Shown here one piece after another: positions 45,071-59,600 of a stretch of DNA of 64,000 bases. Below the pieces are notes generated by a model. That model was not told the origin of the DNA, ran no database searches, and was given only the letters and a program-made list of their open reading frames with translations. How positions within the stretch are numbered: the first letter of the stretch is position 1; each line of letters begins with the position of its first letter. Source of the DNA: Eledone cirrhosa (taxonomy: Eukaryota); NCBI GenBank assembly GCA_964016885.1, contig OZ024745.1, positions 3,906,001 to 3,970,000 on the forward strand. The letters run 5' to 3'. The position numbers and the translations under genes were made by a program.

Positions 45071-45189
45071 TAGAAGCAAACATTACACAGTTTTAGCCAA
45101 CATCTAAATTATCTCCCTTGTTGTGTCGACATATGTTGGTTATTTAGGTTAGTAGTACACTGGATACACACCTTTATTGTAATTATATT

Positions 45190-45520
45190 TAGAAAGATCG
45201 CTAATCGAAGGCAACGTATTGTCCTTTCTAGATTTTTCACAGGTATACACTTGAAAAAAGAGGGTCACTATGTCCGTAGTCAACCGGAATAAAATTCTAA
45301 AATACCAGGAATTATTGGCAAACTAATCTTTTCTCCAGCCTGTGGCATTCGAAAGGTTTGGGGGAGCTGGTCCGTTAACTATAAAATTCTTGTAATTGTT
45401 GGCTGCACGCCGAAATATTAGATGTTTCTTGCGAGTGTACTTGGTTATTCTAGAACCTTAGCCTTGCTATCACCCACGGCAATACTGCAAGTCTGTTGGT
45501 TTGCCTCAAACATTATTAGA
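45190..45520 (+). mobile_element. Degenerate CRE-like (restriction-like endonuclease) non-LTR retrotransposon C-terminus
   Basis: PVAFERFGGAGPLTIKFL ... NLSLAITHGNTASLL resembles the PxAFETxG / QRLSxAIQRGN motifs. Confidence 0.55.
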
Positions 45521-46105
45521 GAGTGGCTTCAATGCCCTTCTTCTGGTGTATGATTGTGTGCGGACATTCTCGCCTCCCTTCTTCTTCTTTGTTATTCCAC
45601 CATTTTCTCTCCCTTATTAATCCCTCTTTTATTTTTAGTTCTGCATAGTCTCAGTGGCGTAGCTAGTGTGTGTGTCACACAGGGCAGCCCATGAGTTTGC
45701 TGCCATCCCCACCCTACATAACAAAAAGAGAGAGAGAGAGTGTTTCATCAACTCATTACCTACAGTTTAGAAGTAAAATCAATGTGGGTTTATTTAACTT
45801 GTTAAAACTTTATAAAAATGTAACTTAAAATAAATACAAAAAAAACAAAACAATTCCACTCGTTTGTTTAGTCTTGGACTGTTTCAGCTTCACATCTGAA
45901 AAAAGAGTAATAGCCCCGAAATATCATGATAAAATACACTGGTAAATCATTTTGTTTTGTATCATTTGTCATCATTTGCCATATTTTTCTACTGTATTGT
46001 ACCAGCTTTTTACTACTTATCTCACAATGATTTGTATTAACTACACTACCCTTTTCTAAAGTTTATCATTAAATCTGTATTTAATTTTATTTCCTTTTCA
46101 GAATC

Positions 46106-46533
46106 ATGCTTCGCACGTTTGGAAACAAGCTGGTACAGGGCAGTTTCTACAAAGGCACATTTGATTCTGTAGTGAGTTATGCTGTACTAAAGTTACAAAA
46201 CTCAACAGCAACTCACAGATGTTTCCATATAGCTACAAACCTAGAATCTCAAAATGTAAATTGGAAGAAAATATACTGCTTAAGAAATCTTCAGAATAAT
46301 GATATTCTCCATATCCGATCTCTTTCCAGTGGCCCTGGAATCAACCCCCTTAAGAATGCTAGCACTGTGCAACACCTTGCTAGTAATGAATCTTCAGCTA
46401 AATATGGCAAAAAACTTGAATTTGACAATAAACTCTTATATTCAGCATTTCCAGTCAAAGAAAAAATATCTAAAGTAACAATTGCATATTTATTAACTTT
46501 AGGTTCAATTTTATTTGGTGTTTACCTGTATGC
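46106..46533 (+). CDS. MICU1: MICU1 first coding exon (mitochondrial targeting peptide and hydrophobic segment)
   Basis: ttttcAG acceptor at 46100-46101, ATG 46106, basic/hydroxylated N-terminus, hydrophobic IAYLLTLGSILFGVYLY. The GTAAGT donor at 46534 is in phase with the next exon. Confidence 0.7.
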
Positions 46534-47489
46534 GTAAGTTTAAAGTTTATTTATATTTTAATTTCAATTTTTATTTTAAGTAATTCTCTTCGAAAATAAA
46601 ATTGTCTCATTGTATATTTATGTAAAACTCATGATGAGTTTGAATCTAGTACTCTGGTATATTTTTAATCAAGGCAATTAATTCCATCATCATTTTACAT
46701 CTGATCTTTGAGTTGGCATGGGTTGGACAGATTGTCACAGTCCGAGTCAGTACTTATTTGGGGCTACTGAACTCTTAAATTGATCAAAGACAATATCTCA
46801 TTCATACATTCCATTTTGACATGATTTCTATGGTTGGATGCCCTTCCTACTGCCAACCACTTATCGGGTTGGCATTCTATCATGGCAATCATAGAATGCA
46901 CCATTTTTTCTTTTTTTTTTTGTTTCAATCAAGCTAAAAACTTAAAAGACAAGAGACAGGCAAAAATCTCTGAAGGTACTGAACTATTTTGAGATTAATG
47001 GATGATTCTACATTTCCAAAATAGAATCCTATACAGGAAATGAGTGCCTATTAGTAAAGAAAACCTTTAATTGTAAAGATTGTGACTAAAAAGAACAAAA
47101 GAGAGACTTTGGTTTAAAAACATAAGATTTATGGCTTGAACACTTCACCAAAGTTGCTTCAATATCATCATCATATTCACCATTTAACATGGGTTAAACA
47201 GGCTGTCATATAATGAGACCAGGTGGGTCAAATGACCATGTCTTGTTCATATGATCCATTTTTGTCCTGATTTTCTATAGTTGGTGTCCATCTTAATGCT
47301 AACCAACTTACATGGTTGATTTGGGAGTTATTAGTGTCACCAGCACAACTACCTTACAGAGTGGACTAATTGCTTTTTTTTGTTGTTGTAGCAGCTGCTC
47401 AACCACCTTGTAAGGTGTTTTTTTTTAATGTCAATTCTATCTTATTTGTAGTTTATGTTGAAATATAATTGAAGTTGTATAAATTGTAG

Positions 47490-47628
47490 GGAAAAAGAAG
47501 ACAGACATATAGTGAGAGCTGATGCCCCTCCCGAAGTAACTGGGGAGAGCAGTGAGAGTGAGGAGAGTGAAGGAGAAGAAGAGGATAAGAAGAAGAAAAA
47601 GAGGAAAGTTGGTTTCCGTGAAAGAAAG
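47490..47628 (+). CDS. MICU1: MICU1 (mitochondrial calcium uptake protein 1) exon with polybasic motif; the gene continues beyond the window
   Basis: ...SEGEEEDKKKKKRKVGFRERK followed by a GTCAGT donor; matches the MICU1 KKKKRSGFRDRK signature. No EF-hand exons in the window. Confidence 0.8.
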
Positions 47629-47673
47629 GTCAGTGTTTGTTAAAACTCGTCTTTAATGTTTGATATATTTAAA

Positions 47674-50600
47674 TCTAGATACTAGCTGGTGTTATTAGAT
47701 TGGGATGTCAAGGATGGATTGGCAGTGTCTAGATACTAGCTTGTGTTATTAGATTGGGATGTCAAGGATGGATTGGCAGTGTCTAGATACTAGCTGGTGT
47801 TATTAGATTGGGATGTCAAGGATGGATTGGCAGTGTCTAGATACTAGCTGGTGTTATTAGATTGGGATGTCAAGGATGGATTGGCAGTGTCTAGATACTA
47901 GCTGGTGTTATTAGATTGGGATGTCAAGGATGGATTGGCAGTGTCTAGATACTAGCTGGTGTTATTAGATTGGGATGTCAAGGATGGATTGGCAGTGTCT
48001 AGATACTAGCTGGTGTTATTAGATTGGGATGTCAAGGATGGATTGGCAGTGTCTAGATAATAGCTGGTGTTATTAGATTGGGATGTCAAATATGGATTGG
48101 CAGTGTCTAGATACTAGCTGGTGTTATTAGATTGGGATGTCAAGGATGGATTGGCAGTGTCTAGATAATAGCTGGTGTTATTAGATTGGGATGTCAAGGA
48201 TGGATTGGCAGTGTCAAGATACTAGCTGGTGTTATTAGATTGGGATGTCAAGGATGGATAGGCAGTGTCTAGATACTAGCTGGTGTTATTAGAGTGGGAT
48301 GTCAAGGATGGATTGGCAGTGTCTAGATACTAGCTGGTGTTATTAGATTGGGATGTCAAGGATGGATTGGCAGTGTCTAGATACTAGCTGGTGTTATTAG
48401 ATTGGAATGTCAAGGATGGATTGGAAATGTCTAGGTACTAGCTGGTGTTATTAGATTGGGATGTCAAGGATGGATTGGCAGTGTCTAGATAATAGCTGGT
48501 GTTATTAGATTGGAATGTCAAGGATGGATTGGAAATGTCTAGGTACTAGCTGGTGTTATTAGATTGGGATGTCAAGGATGGATTGGCAGTGTCTAGATAC
48601 TAGCTGGTGTTATTAGATTGGGATGTCAAGTATGGATTGGCAGTGTCGAGATACTAGCTTGTGTTATTAGATTGGGATGTCAAGGATGGATTGGCAGTGT
48701 CTAGATACTAGCTGGTGTTATTAGATTGGGATGTCAAGGATGGATTGGCAGTGTCTAGATACTAGCTGGTGTTATTAGATTGGGATGTCAAGGATGGATT
48801 GGCAGTGTCTAGATACTAGCTGGTGTTATTAGATTGGAATGTCAAGGATGGATTGGCAATGTCTAGATACTAACTTGTGTTATTAGATTGGGATGTCAAG
48901 GATGGATTGGCAGTGTCTAGATACTAGCTGGTGTTATTAGATTGGGATGTCAAGGATGGATTGGCAGTGTCTAGATACTAGCTGGTGTTATTAGATTGGA
49001 ATGTCAAGGATGGATTGGAAATGTCTAGGTACTAGCTGGTGTTATTAGATTGGGATGTCAAGGATGGATTGGCAGTGTCTAGATAATAGCTGGTGTTATT
49101 AGATTGGAATGTCAAGGATGGATTGGAAATGTCTAGGTACTAGCTGGTGTTATTAGATTGGGATGTCAAGGATGGATTGGCAGTGTCTAGATACTAGCTG
49201 GTGTTATTAGATTGGGATGTCAAGGATGGATTGGCAGTGTCGAGATACTAGCTTGTGTTATTAGATTGGGATGTCAAGGATGGATTGGCAGTGTCTAGAT
49301 ACTAGCTGGTGTTATTAGATTGGGATGTCAAGGATGGATTGGCAGTGTCTAGATACTAGCTGGTGTTATTAGATTGGGATGTCAAGGATGGATTGGCAGT
49401 GTCTAGATACTAGCTGGTGTTATTAGATTGGGATGTCAAGGATGGATTGGCAATGTCTAGATACTAACTTGTGTTATTAGATTGGGATGTCAAGGATGGA
49501 TTGGCAGTGTCTAGATACTAGCTGGTGTTATTAGATTGGGATGTCAAGGATGGATTGGCAGTGTCTAGATACTAGCTGGTGTTATTAGATTGGGATCTCA
49601 AGGATGGATTGGCAGTGTCTAGATACTAGCTGGTGTTATTAGATTGGGATGTCAAGGATGGATTGGCAGTGTCTAGATACTAGCTGGTGTTATTAGATTG
49701 GGATGTCAAGGATGGATTGGCAGTGTCTAGATACTAGCTGGTGTTATTAGATTGGGATGTCAAGGATGGATTGGCAGTGTCGAGATACTACCTTGTGTTA
49801 TTAGATTGGGATGTCAAGGACGGATTGGCAATGTCTAGATACTAGCTGGTGTTATTACATTGGGATGTCAAGGATGGATTGGCAGTGTCAAGATACTAGC
49901 TGGTGTTATCAGATTGTGATGTCAAGGATGGATTGTCAGTGTCAAGATACTAGCTGGTGTTATTAGATTCGGATGTCAAGGATGGATTGGCAGTGTCTAG
50001 ATACTAGCTGGTGTTATTAGATTGGGATGTCAAGGATGGATTGGCAATGTCTAGATACTAACTTGTGTTATTAGATTGGGATGTCAAGGATGGATTGGCA
50101 GTGTCTAGATACTAGCTGGTGTTATTAGATTGGGATGTCAAGGATGGATTGGCAATGTCTAGATACTAACTTGTGTTATTAGATTGTGATGTCAAGGATG
50201 GATTGGCAGTGTCTAGATACTAGCTGGTGTTATTAGATTGGGATGTCAAGGATGGATTGGCAATGTCTAGATACTAACTTGTGTTATTAGATTGGGATGT
50301 CAAGGATGGATTGGCAGTGTCTAGATACTAGCTGGTGTTATTAGATTGGGATGTCAAGGATGGATTGGCAATGTCTAGATACTAACTTGTGTTATTAGAT
50401 TGGGATGTCAAGGATGGATTGGCAGTATCTAGATACTAGCTGGTGTTATTAGATTGGGATGTCAAGGATGGATTGGCAATGTCTAGATACTAACTTGTGT
50501 TATTAGATTGGGATGTCAAGGATGGATTGGCAGTGTCTAGATACTAGCTGGTGTTATTAGATTGGGATGTCAAGGATGGATTGGCAGTGTCTAGATACTA

Positions 50601-53600
50601 GCTGGTGTTATTAGATTGGGATGTCAAGGATGGATTGGCAATGTCTAGATACTAACTTGTGTTATTAGATTGGGATGTCAAGGATGGATTGGCAGTGTCT
50701 AGATACTAGCTGGTGTTATTAGATTGGGATGTCAAGGATGGATTGGCAGTGTCTAGATACTAGCTGGTGTTATTAGATTGGGATGTCAAGGATGGATTGG
50801 CAGTGTCAAGATACTAGCTGGTGTTATTAGATTGGGATGTCAAGGATGGATTGGCAGTGTCTAGATACTAGCTGGTGTTATTAGATTGGGATGTCGAGGA
50901 TGGATTGGCAGTGTCTAGATACTAGCTGGTGTTATTAGATTGGGATGTCAAGGATGGATTGGCAGTCTCAAGATACTAGCTGGTGTTATTAGATTGGGAT
51001 GTCAAGGATGGATTGGCAGTGTCTAGATACTAGCTGGTGTTATTAGATTGGGATGTCAAGGATGGATTGGCAGTCTCAAGATACTAGCTGGTGTTATTAG
51101 ATTGGGATGTCAAGGATGGATTGGCAGTGTCTAGATACTAGCTGGTGTTATTAGATTGGGATGTCAAGGATGGATTGGCAATGTCTAGATACTAGCTGGT
51201 GTTATTAGATTGGGATGTCAAGGATGGATTGGCAGTGTCTAGATACTAGCTTGTGTTATTAGATTGGGATGTCAAGGATGGATTGGCAGTGTCTAGATAC
51301 TAGCTGGTGTTATTAGATTGGGATGTCAAGGATGGATTGGCAGTGTCTAGATACTAGCTGGTGTTATTAGATTGGGATGTCAAGGATGGATTGGCAGTGT
51401 CAAGATACTAGCTGGTGTTATTAGATTGGGATGTCAAGGATGGATTGGCAGTGTCTAGATACTAGCTGGTGTTATTAGATTGGGATGTCGAGGATGGATT
51501 GGCAGTGTCTAGATACTAGCTGGTGTTATTAGATTGGGATGTCAAGGATGGATTGGCAGTCTCAAGATACTAGCTGGTGTTATTAGATTGGGATGTCAAG
51601 GATGGATTGGCAGTGTCTAGATACTAGCTGGTGTTATTAGATTGGGATGTCAAGGATGGATTGGCAGTCTCAAGATACTAGCTGGTGTTATTAGATTGGG
51701 ATGTCAAGGATGGATTGGCAGTGTCTAGATACTAGCTGGTGTTATTAGATTGGGATGTCAAGGATGGATTGGCAATGTCTAGATACTAGCTGGTGTTATT
51801 AGATTGGGATGTCAAGGATGGATTGGCAGTGTCTAGATACTAGCTTGTGTTATTAGATTGGGATGTCAAGGATGGATTGGCAGTGTCTAGATACTAGCTG
51901 GTGTTATTAGATTGGGATGTCAAGGATGGATTGGCAATGTCTAGATACTAGCTGGTGTTATTAGATTGGGATGTCAAGGATGGATTGGCAGTGTCTAGAT
52001 ACTAGCTTGTGTTATTAGATTGGGATGTCAAGGATGGATTGGCAGTGTCTAGATACTAGCTGGTGTTATTAGATTGGGATGTCAAGGATGGATTGGCAGT
52101 CTCAAGATACTAGCTGGTGTTATTAGAGTGGGATGTCAAGGATGGATTGGCAGTGTCTAGATACTAGCTGGTGTTATTAGATTGGGATGTCAAGGATGGA
52201 TTGGCAGTCTCAAGATACTAGCTGGTGTTATTAGATTGGGATGTCAAGGATGGATTGGCAGTCTCAAGATACTAGCTGGTGTTATTAGATTGGGATGTCA
52301 AGGATGGATTGGCAGTCTCAAGATACTAGCTGGTGTTATTAGAGTGGGATGTCAAGGATGGATTGGCAATGTCTAGATACTAGCTGGTGTTATTAGATTG
52401 GGATGTCAAGGATGGATTGGCAGTGTCTAGATACTAGCTTGTGTTATTAGATTGGGATGTCAAGGATGGATTGGCAGTCTCAAGATACTAGCTGGTGTTA
52501 TTAGATTGGGATGTCAAGGATGGATTGGCAATGTCTAGATACTAGCTGGTGTTATTAGATTGGGTGTCAAGGATGGATTGGCAGTGTCTAGATACTAGCT
52601 TGTGTTATTAGATTGGGATGTCAAGGATGGATTGGCAGTGTCTAGATACTAGCTTGTGTTATTAGATTGGGATGTCAAGGATGGATTGGCAGTGTCTAGA
52701 TACTAGCTTGTGTTATTAGATTGGGATGTCAAGGATGGATTGGCAGTCTCAAGATACTAGCTGGTGTTATTAGAGTGGGATGTCAAGGATGGATTGGCAG
52801 TGTCTAGATACTAGCTTGTGTTATTAGATTGGGATGTCAAGGATGGATTGGCAGTCTCAAGATACTAGCTGGTGTTATTAGATTGGGATGTCAAGGATGG
52901 ATTGGCAATGTCTAGATACTAGCTGGTGTTATTAGATTGGGTGTCAAGGATGGATTGGCAGTGTCTAGATACTAGCTTGTGTTATTAGATTGGGATGTCA
53001 AGGATGGATTGGCAGTGTCTAGATACTAGCTGGTGTTATTAGATTGGGATGTCAAGGATGGATTGGCAGTCTCAAGATACTAGCTGGTGTTATTAGAGTG
53101 GGATGTCAAGGATGGATTGGCAGTGTCAAGATACTAGCTTGTGTTATTAGATTGGGATGTCAAGGATGGATTGGCAATGTCTAGATACTAGCTGGTGTTA
53201 TTAGATTGGGATGTCAAGGATGGATTGGCAGTGTCTAGATACTAGCTTGTGTTATTAGATTGGGATGTCAAGGATGGATTGGCAGTGTCTAGATACTAGC
53301 TGGTGTTATTAGATTGGGATGTCAAGGATGGATTGGCAGTCTCAAGATACTAGCTGGTGTTATTAGAGTGGGATGTCAAGGATGGATTGGCAGTGTCAAG
53401 ATACTAGCTTGTGTTATTAGATTGGGATGTCAAGGATGGATTGGCAATGTCTAGATACTAGCTGGTGTTATTAGATTGGGATGTCAAGGATGGATTGGCA
53501 GTGTCTAGATACTAGCTTGTGTTATTAGATTGGGATGTCAAGGATGGATTGGCAGTCTCAAGATACTAGCTGGTGTTATTAGATTGGGATGTCAAGGATG

Positions 53601-56600
53601 GATTGGCAGTGTCTAGATACTAGCTTGTGTTATTAGATTGGGATGTCAAGGATGGATTGGCAATGTCTAGATACTAGCTGGTGTTATTAGATTGGGATGT
53701 CAAGGATGGATTGGCAGTGTCTAGATACTAGCTGGTGTTATTAGATTGGGATGTCAAGGATGGATTGGCAGTGTCTAGATACTAGCTGGTGTTATTAGAT
53801 TGGGATGTCAAGGATGGATTGGCAGTGTCAAGATACTAGCTTGTGTTATTAGATTGGGATGTCAAGGATGGATTGGCAATGTCTAGATACTAGCTGGTGT
53901 TATTAGATTGGGATGTCAAGGATGGATTGGCAGTGTCTAGATACTAGCTTGTGTTATTAGATTGGGATGTCAAGGATGGATTGGCAGTGTCAAGATACTA
54001 GCTGGTGTTATTAGATTGGGATGTCAAGGATGGATTGGCAGTCTCAAGATACTAGCTTGTGTTATTAGATTGGGATGTCAAGGATGGATTGGCAGTGTCT
54101 AGATACTAGCTGGTGTTATTAGATTGGGATGTCAAGGATGGATTGGCAGTGTCAAGATACTAGCTGGTGTTATTAGATTGGGATGTCAAGGATGGATTGG
54201 CAGTGTCTAGATACTAGCTGGTGTTATTAGATTGGGATGTCGAGGATGGATTGGCAGTGTCTAGATACTAGCTGGTGTTATTAGATTGGGATGTCAAGGA
54301 TGGATTGGCAGTCTCAAGATACTAGCTGGTGTTATTAGATTGGGATGTCAAGGATGGATTGGCAGTGTCTAGATACTAGCTGGTGTTATTAGATTGGGAT
54401 GTCAAGGATGGATTGGCAGTCTCAAGATACTAGCTGGTGTTATTAGATTGGGATGTCAAGGATGGATTGGCAGTGTCTAGATACTAGCTGGTGTTATTAG
54501 ATTGGGATGTCAAGGATGGATTGGCAATGTCTAGATACTAGCTGGTGTTATTAGATTGGGATGTCAAGGATGGATTGGCAGTGTCTAGATACTAGCTTGT
54601 GTTATTAGATTGGGATGTCAAGGATGGATTGGCAGTGTCTAGATACTAGCTGGTGTTATTAGATTGGGATGTCAAGGATGGATTGGCAGTGTCTAGATAC
54701 TAGCTGGTGTTATTAGATTGGGATGTCAAGGATGGATTGGCAGTGTCAAGATACTAGCTGGTGTTATTAGATTGGGATGTCAAGGATGGATTGGCAGTGT
54801 CTAGATACTAGCTGGTGTTATTAGATTGGGATGTCGAGGATGGATTGGCAGTGTCTAGATACTAGCTGGTGTTATTAGATTGGGATGTCAAGGATGGATT
54901 GGCAGTCTCAAGATACTAGCTGGTGTTATTAGATTGGGATGTCAAGGATGGATTGGCAGTGTCTAGATACTAGCTGGTGTTATTAGATTGGGATGTCAAG
55001 GATGGATTGGCAGTCTCAAGATACTAGCTGGTGTTATTAGATTGGGATGTCAAGGATGGATTGGCAGTGTCTAGATACTAGCTGGTGTTATTAGATTGGG
55101 ATGTCAAGGATGGATTGGCAATGTCTAGATACTAGCTGGTGTTATTAGATTGGGATGTCAAGGATGGATTGGCAGTGTCTAGATACTAGCTTGTGTTATT
55201 AGATTGGGATGTCAAGGATGGATTGGCAGTGTCTAGATACTAGCTGGTGTTATTAGATTGGGATGTCAAGGATGGATTGGCAATGTCTAGATACTAGCTG
55301 GTGTTATTAGATTGGGATGTCAAGGATGGATTGGCAGTGTCTAGATACTAGCTTGTGTTATTAGATTGGGATGTCAAGGATGGATTGGCAGTGTCTAGAT
55401 ACTAGCTGGTGTTATTAGATTGGGATGTCAAGGATGGATTGGCAGTCTCAAGATACTAGCTGGTGTTATTAGAGTGGGATGTCAAGGATGGATTGGCAGT
55501 GTCTAGATACTAGCTGGTGTTATTAGATTGGGATGTCAAGGATGGATTGGCAGTCTCAAGATACTAGCTGGTGTTATTAGATTGGGATGTCAAGGATGGA
55601 TTGGCAGTCTCAAGATACTAGCTGGTGTTATTAGATTGGGATGTCAAGGATGGATTGGCAGTCTCAAGATACTAGCTGGTGTTATTAGAGTGGGATGTCA
55701 AGGATGGATTGGCAATGTCTAGATACTAGCTGGTGTTATTAGATTGGGATGTCAAGGATGGATTGGCAGTGTCTAGATACTAGCTTGTGTTATTAGATTG
55801 GGATGTCAAGGATGGATTGGCAGTCTCAAGATACTAGCTGGTGTTATTAGATTGGGATGTCAAGGATGGATTGGCAATGTCTAGATACTAGCTGGTGTTA
55901 TTAGATTGGGTGTCAAGGATGGATTGGCAGTGTCTAGATACTAGCTTGTGTTATTAGATTGGGATGTCAAGGATGGATTGGCAGTGTCTAGATACTAGCT
56001 TGTGTTATTAGATTGGGATGTCAAGGATGGATTGGCAGTGTCTAGATACTAGCTTGTGTTATTAGATTGGGATGTCAAGGATGGATTGGCAGTCTCAAGA
56101 TACTAGCTGGTGTTATTAGAGTGGGATGTCAAGGATGGATTGGCAGTGTCTAGATACTAGCTTGTGTTATTAGATTGGGATGTCAAGGATGGATTGGCAG
56201 TCTCAAGATACTAGCTGGTGTTATTAGATTGGGATGTCAAGGATGGATTGGCAATGTCTAGATACTAGCTGGTGTTATTAGATTGGGTGTCAAGGATGGA
56301 TTGGCAGTGTCTAGATACTAGCTTGTGTTATTAGATTGGGATGTCAAGGATGGATTGGCAGTGTCTAGATACTAGCTGGTGTTATTAGATTGGGATGTCA
56401 AGGATGGATTGGCAGTCTCAAGATACTAGCTGGTGTTATTAGAGTGGGATGTCAAGGATGGATTGGCAGTGTCAAGATACTAGCTTGTGTTATTAGATTG
56501 GGATGTCAAGGATGGATTGGCAATGTCTAGATACTAGCTGGTGTTATTAGATTGGGATGTCAAGGATGGATTGGCAGTGTCTAGATACTAGCTTGTGTTA

Positions 56601-59600
56601 TTAGATTGGGATGTCAAGGATGGATTGGCAGTGTCTAGATACTAGCTGGTGTTATTAGATTGGGATGTCAAGGATGGATTGGCAGTCTCAAGATACTAGC
56701 TGGTGTTATTAGAGTGGGATGTCAAGGATGGATTGGCAGTGTCAAGATACTAGCTTGTGTTATTAGATTGGGATGTCAAGGATGGATTGGCAATGTCTAG
56801 ATACTAGCTGGTGTTATTAGATTGGGATGTCAAGGATGGATTGGCAGTGTCTAGATACTAGCTTGTGTTATTAGATTGGGATGTCAAGGATGGATTGGCA
56901 GTCTCAAGATACTAGCTGGTGTTATTAGATTGGGATGTCAAGGATGGATTGGCAGTGTCTAGATACTAGCTTGTGTTATTAGATTGGGATGTCAAGGATG
57001 GATTGGCAATGTCTAGATACTAGCTGGTGTTATTAGATTGGGATGTCAAGGATGGATTGGCAGTGTCTAGATACTAGCTGGTGTTATTAGATTGGGATGT
57101 CAAGGATGGATTGGCAGTGTCTAGATACTAGCTGGTGTTATTAGATTGGGATGTCAAGGATGGATTGGCAGTGTCAAGATACTAGCTTGTGTTATTAGAT
57201 TGGGATGTCAAGGATGGATTGGCAATGTCTAGATACTAGCTGGTGTTATTAGATTGGGATGTCAAGGATGGATTGGCAGTGTCTAGATACTAGCTTGTGT
57301 TATTAGATTGGGATGTCAAGGATGGATTGGCAGTGTCAAGATACTAGCTGGTGTTATTAGATTGGGATGTCAAGGATGGATTGGCAGTCTCAAGATACTA
57401 GCTTGTGTTATTAGATTGGGATGTCAAGGATGGATTGGCAGTGTCTAGATACTAGCTGGTGTTATTAGATTGGGATGTCAAGGATGGATTGGCAGTCTCA
57501 AGATACTAGCTTGTGTTATTAGATTGGGATGTCAAGGATGGATTGGCAGTGTCTAGATACTAGCTTGTGTTATAAGATTGGGATGTCAAGGATGGATTGG
57601 CAGTGTCTAGATACTAGCTTGTGTTATTAGATTGGGATGTCAAGGATGGATTGGCAGTCTCAAGATACTAGCTGGTGTTATTAGATTGGGATGTCAAGGA
57701 TGGATTGGCAGTGTCTAGATACTAGCTTGTGTTATTAGATTGGGATGTCAAGGATGGATTGGCAGTGTCTAGATACTAGCTTGTGTTATTAGATTGGGAT
57801 GTCAAGGATGGATTGGCAGTGTCAAGATACTAGCTTGTGTTATTAGATTGGGATGTCAAGGATGGATTGGCAGTGTCTAGATACTAGCTTGTGTTATAAG
57901 ATTGGGATGTCAAGGATGGATTGGCAGTGTCTAGATACTAGCTTGTGTTATAAGATTGGGATGTCAAGGATGGATTGGCAGTGTCTAGATACTAGCTTGT
58001 GTTATTAGATTGGGATGTCAAGGATGGATTGGCAGTCTCAAGATACTAGCTGGTGTTATTAGATTGGGATGTCAAGGATGGATTGGCAGTGTCTAGATAC
58101 TAGCTTGTGTTATTAGATTGGGATGTCAAGGATGGATTGGCAGTGTCTAGATACTAGCTTGTGTTATTAGATTGGGATGTCAAGGATGGATTGGCAGTGT
58201 CAAGATACTAGCTTGTGTTATTAGATTGGGATGTCAAGGATGGATTGGCAGTGTCTAGATAATAGCTTGTGTTATTAGATTGGGATCAAGGATGGATTGG
58301 CAGTGTCTAGATACTAGCTTGTGTTATTAGATTGGGATCAAGGATGGATTGGCAGTGTCTAGATACTAGCTGGTGTTATTAGATTGGGATCAAGGATGGA
58401 TTGGCAATGTCAAGATACTAGCTTGTGTTATTAGATTGGGATCAAGGATGGATTGGCAGTGTCTAGATACTAGCTGGTGTTATTATATTGGGATGTCAAG
58501 GATGGATTGGCAGTGTCTAGATACTAGCTGGTGTTATTAGATTGGGATCAAGGATGGATTGGCAATGTCAAGATACTAGCTTGTGTTATTAGATTGGGAT
58601 CAAGGATGGATTGGCAGTGTCTAGATACTAGCTGGTGTTATTATATTGGGATGTCAAGGATGGATTGGCAGTGTCTAGATACTAGCTGGTGTTATTAGAT
58701 TGGGATGTCAAGGATGGATTGGCAGTGTCTAGATACTAGCTGGTGTTATTAGATTGGGATCAAGGATGGATTGGCAATGTCAAGATACTAGCTTGTGTTA
58801 TTAGATTGGGATCAAGGATGGATTGGCAGTGTCTAGATACTAGCTGGTGTTATTATATTGGGATGTCAAGGATGGATTGGCAGTGTCTAGATACTAGCTT
58901 GTGTTATTAGATTGGGATCAAGGATGGATTGGCAGTGTCTAGATACTAGCTTGTGTTATTAGATTGGGATCAAGGATGGATTGGCAGTGTCTAGATACTA
59001 GCTTGTGTTATTAGATTGGGATCAAGGATGGATTGGCAGTGTCTAGATACTAGCTGGTGTTATTATATTGGGATGTCAAGGATGGATTGGCAGTGTCTAG
59101 ATACTAGCTTGTGTTATTAGATTGGGATCAAGGATGGATTGGCAGTGTCTAGATACTAGCTTGTGTTATTAGATTGGGATCAAGGATGGATTGGCAGTGT
59201 CTAGATACTAGCTTGTGTTATTAGATTGGGATCAAGGATGGATTGGCAATGTCAAGATACTAGCTGGTGTTATTAGATTGGGATGTCAAGGATGGATTGG
59301 CAGTGTCTACATACTAGCTGGTGTTATTAGATTGGGATGTCAAGGATGGATTGGCAGTATCTAGATACGAGCTGGTGTTATAAGATTGGGATGTCAAGGA
59401 TGGATTGGCAGTGTCAAGATACTAGCTGGTGTTATTAGATTGGGATGTCAAGGATGGATTGGCCATGTCTAGATACTAGCTTGTGTTATTAGATTGGGAT
59501 GTCAAGGATGGTTGGCAGTGTCAAGATACTAGCTTGTGTTATTAGGTTGGGATGTCAAGGATGGATTGTCAGTGTCTAGATAATAGCTTGTGTTATTAGA

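Noticed and set aside
45896-45930. CTGAAAA...CCGAAA as a hammerhead ribozyme
   Set aside because: The core does not match CUGANGA and no convincing stems could be built.
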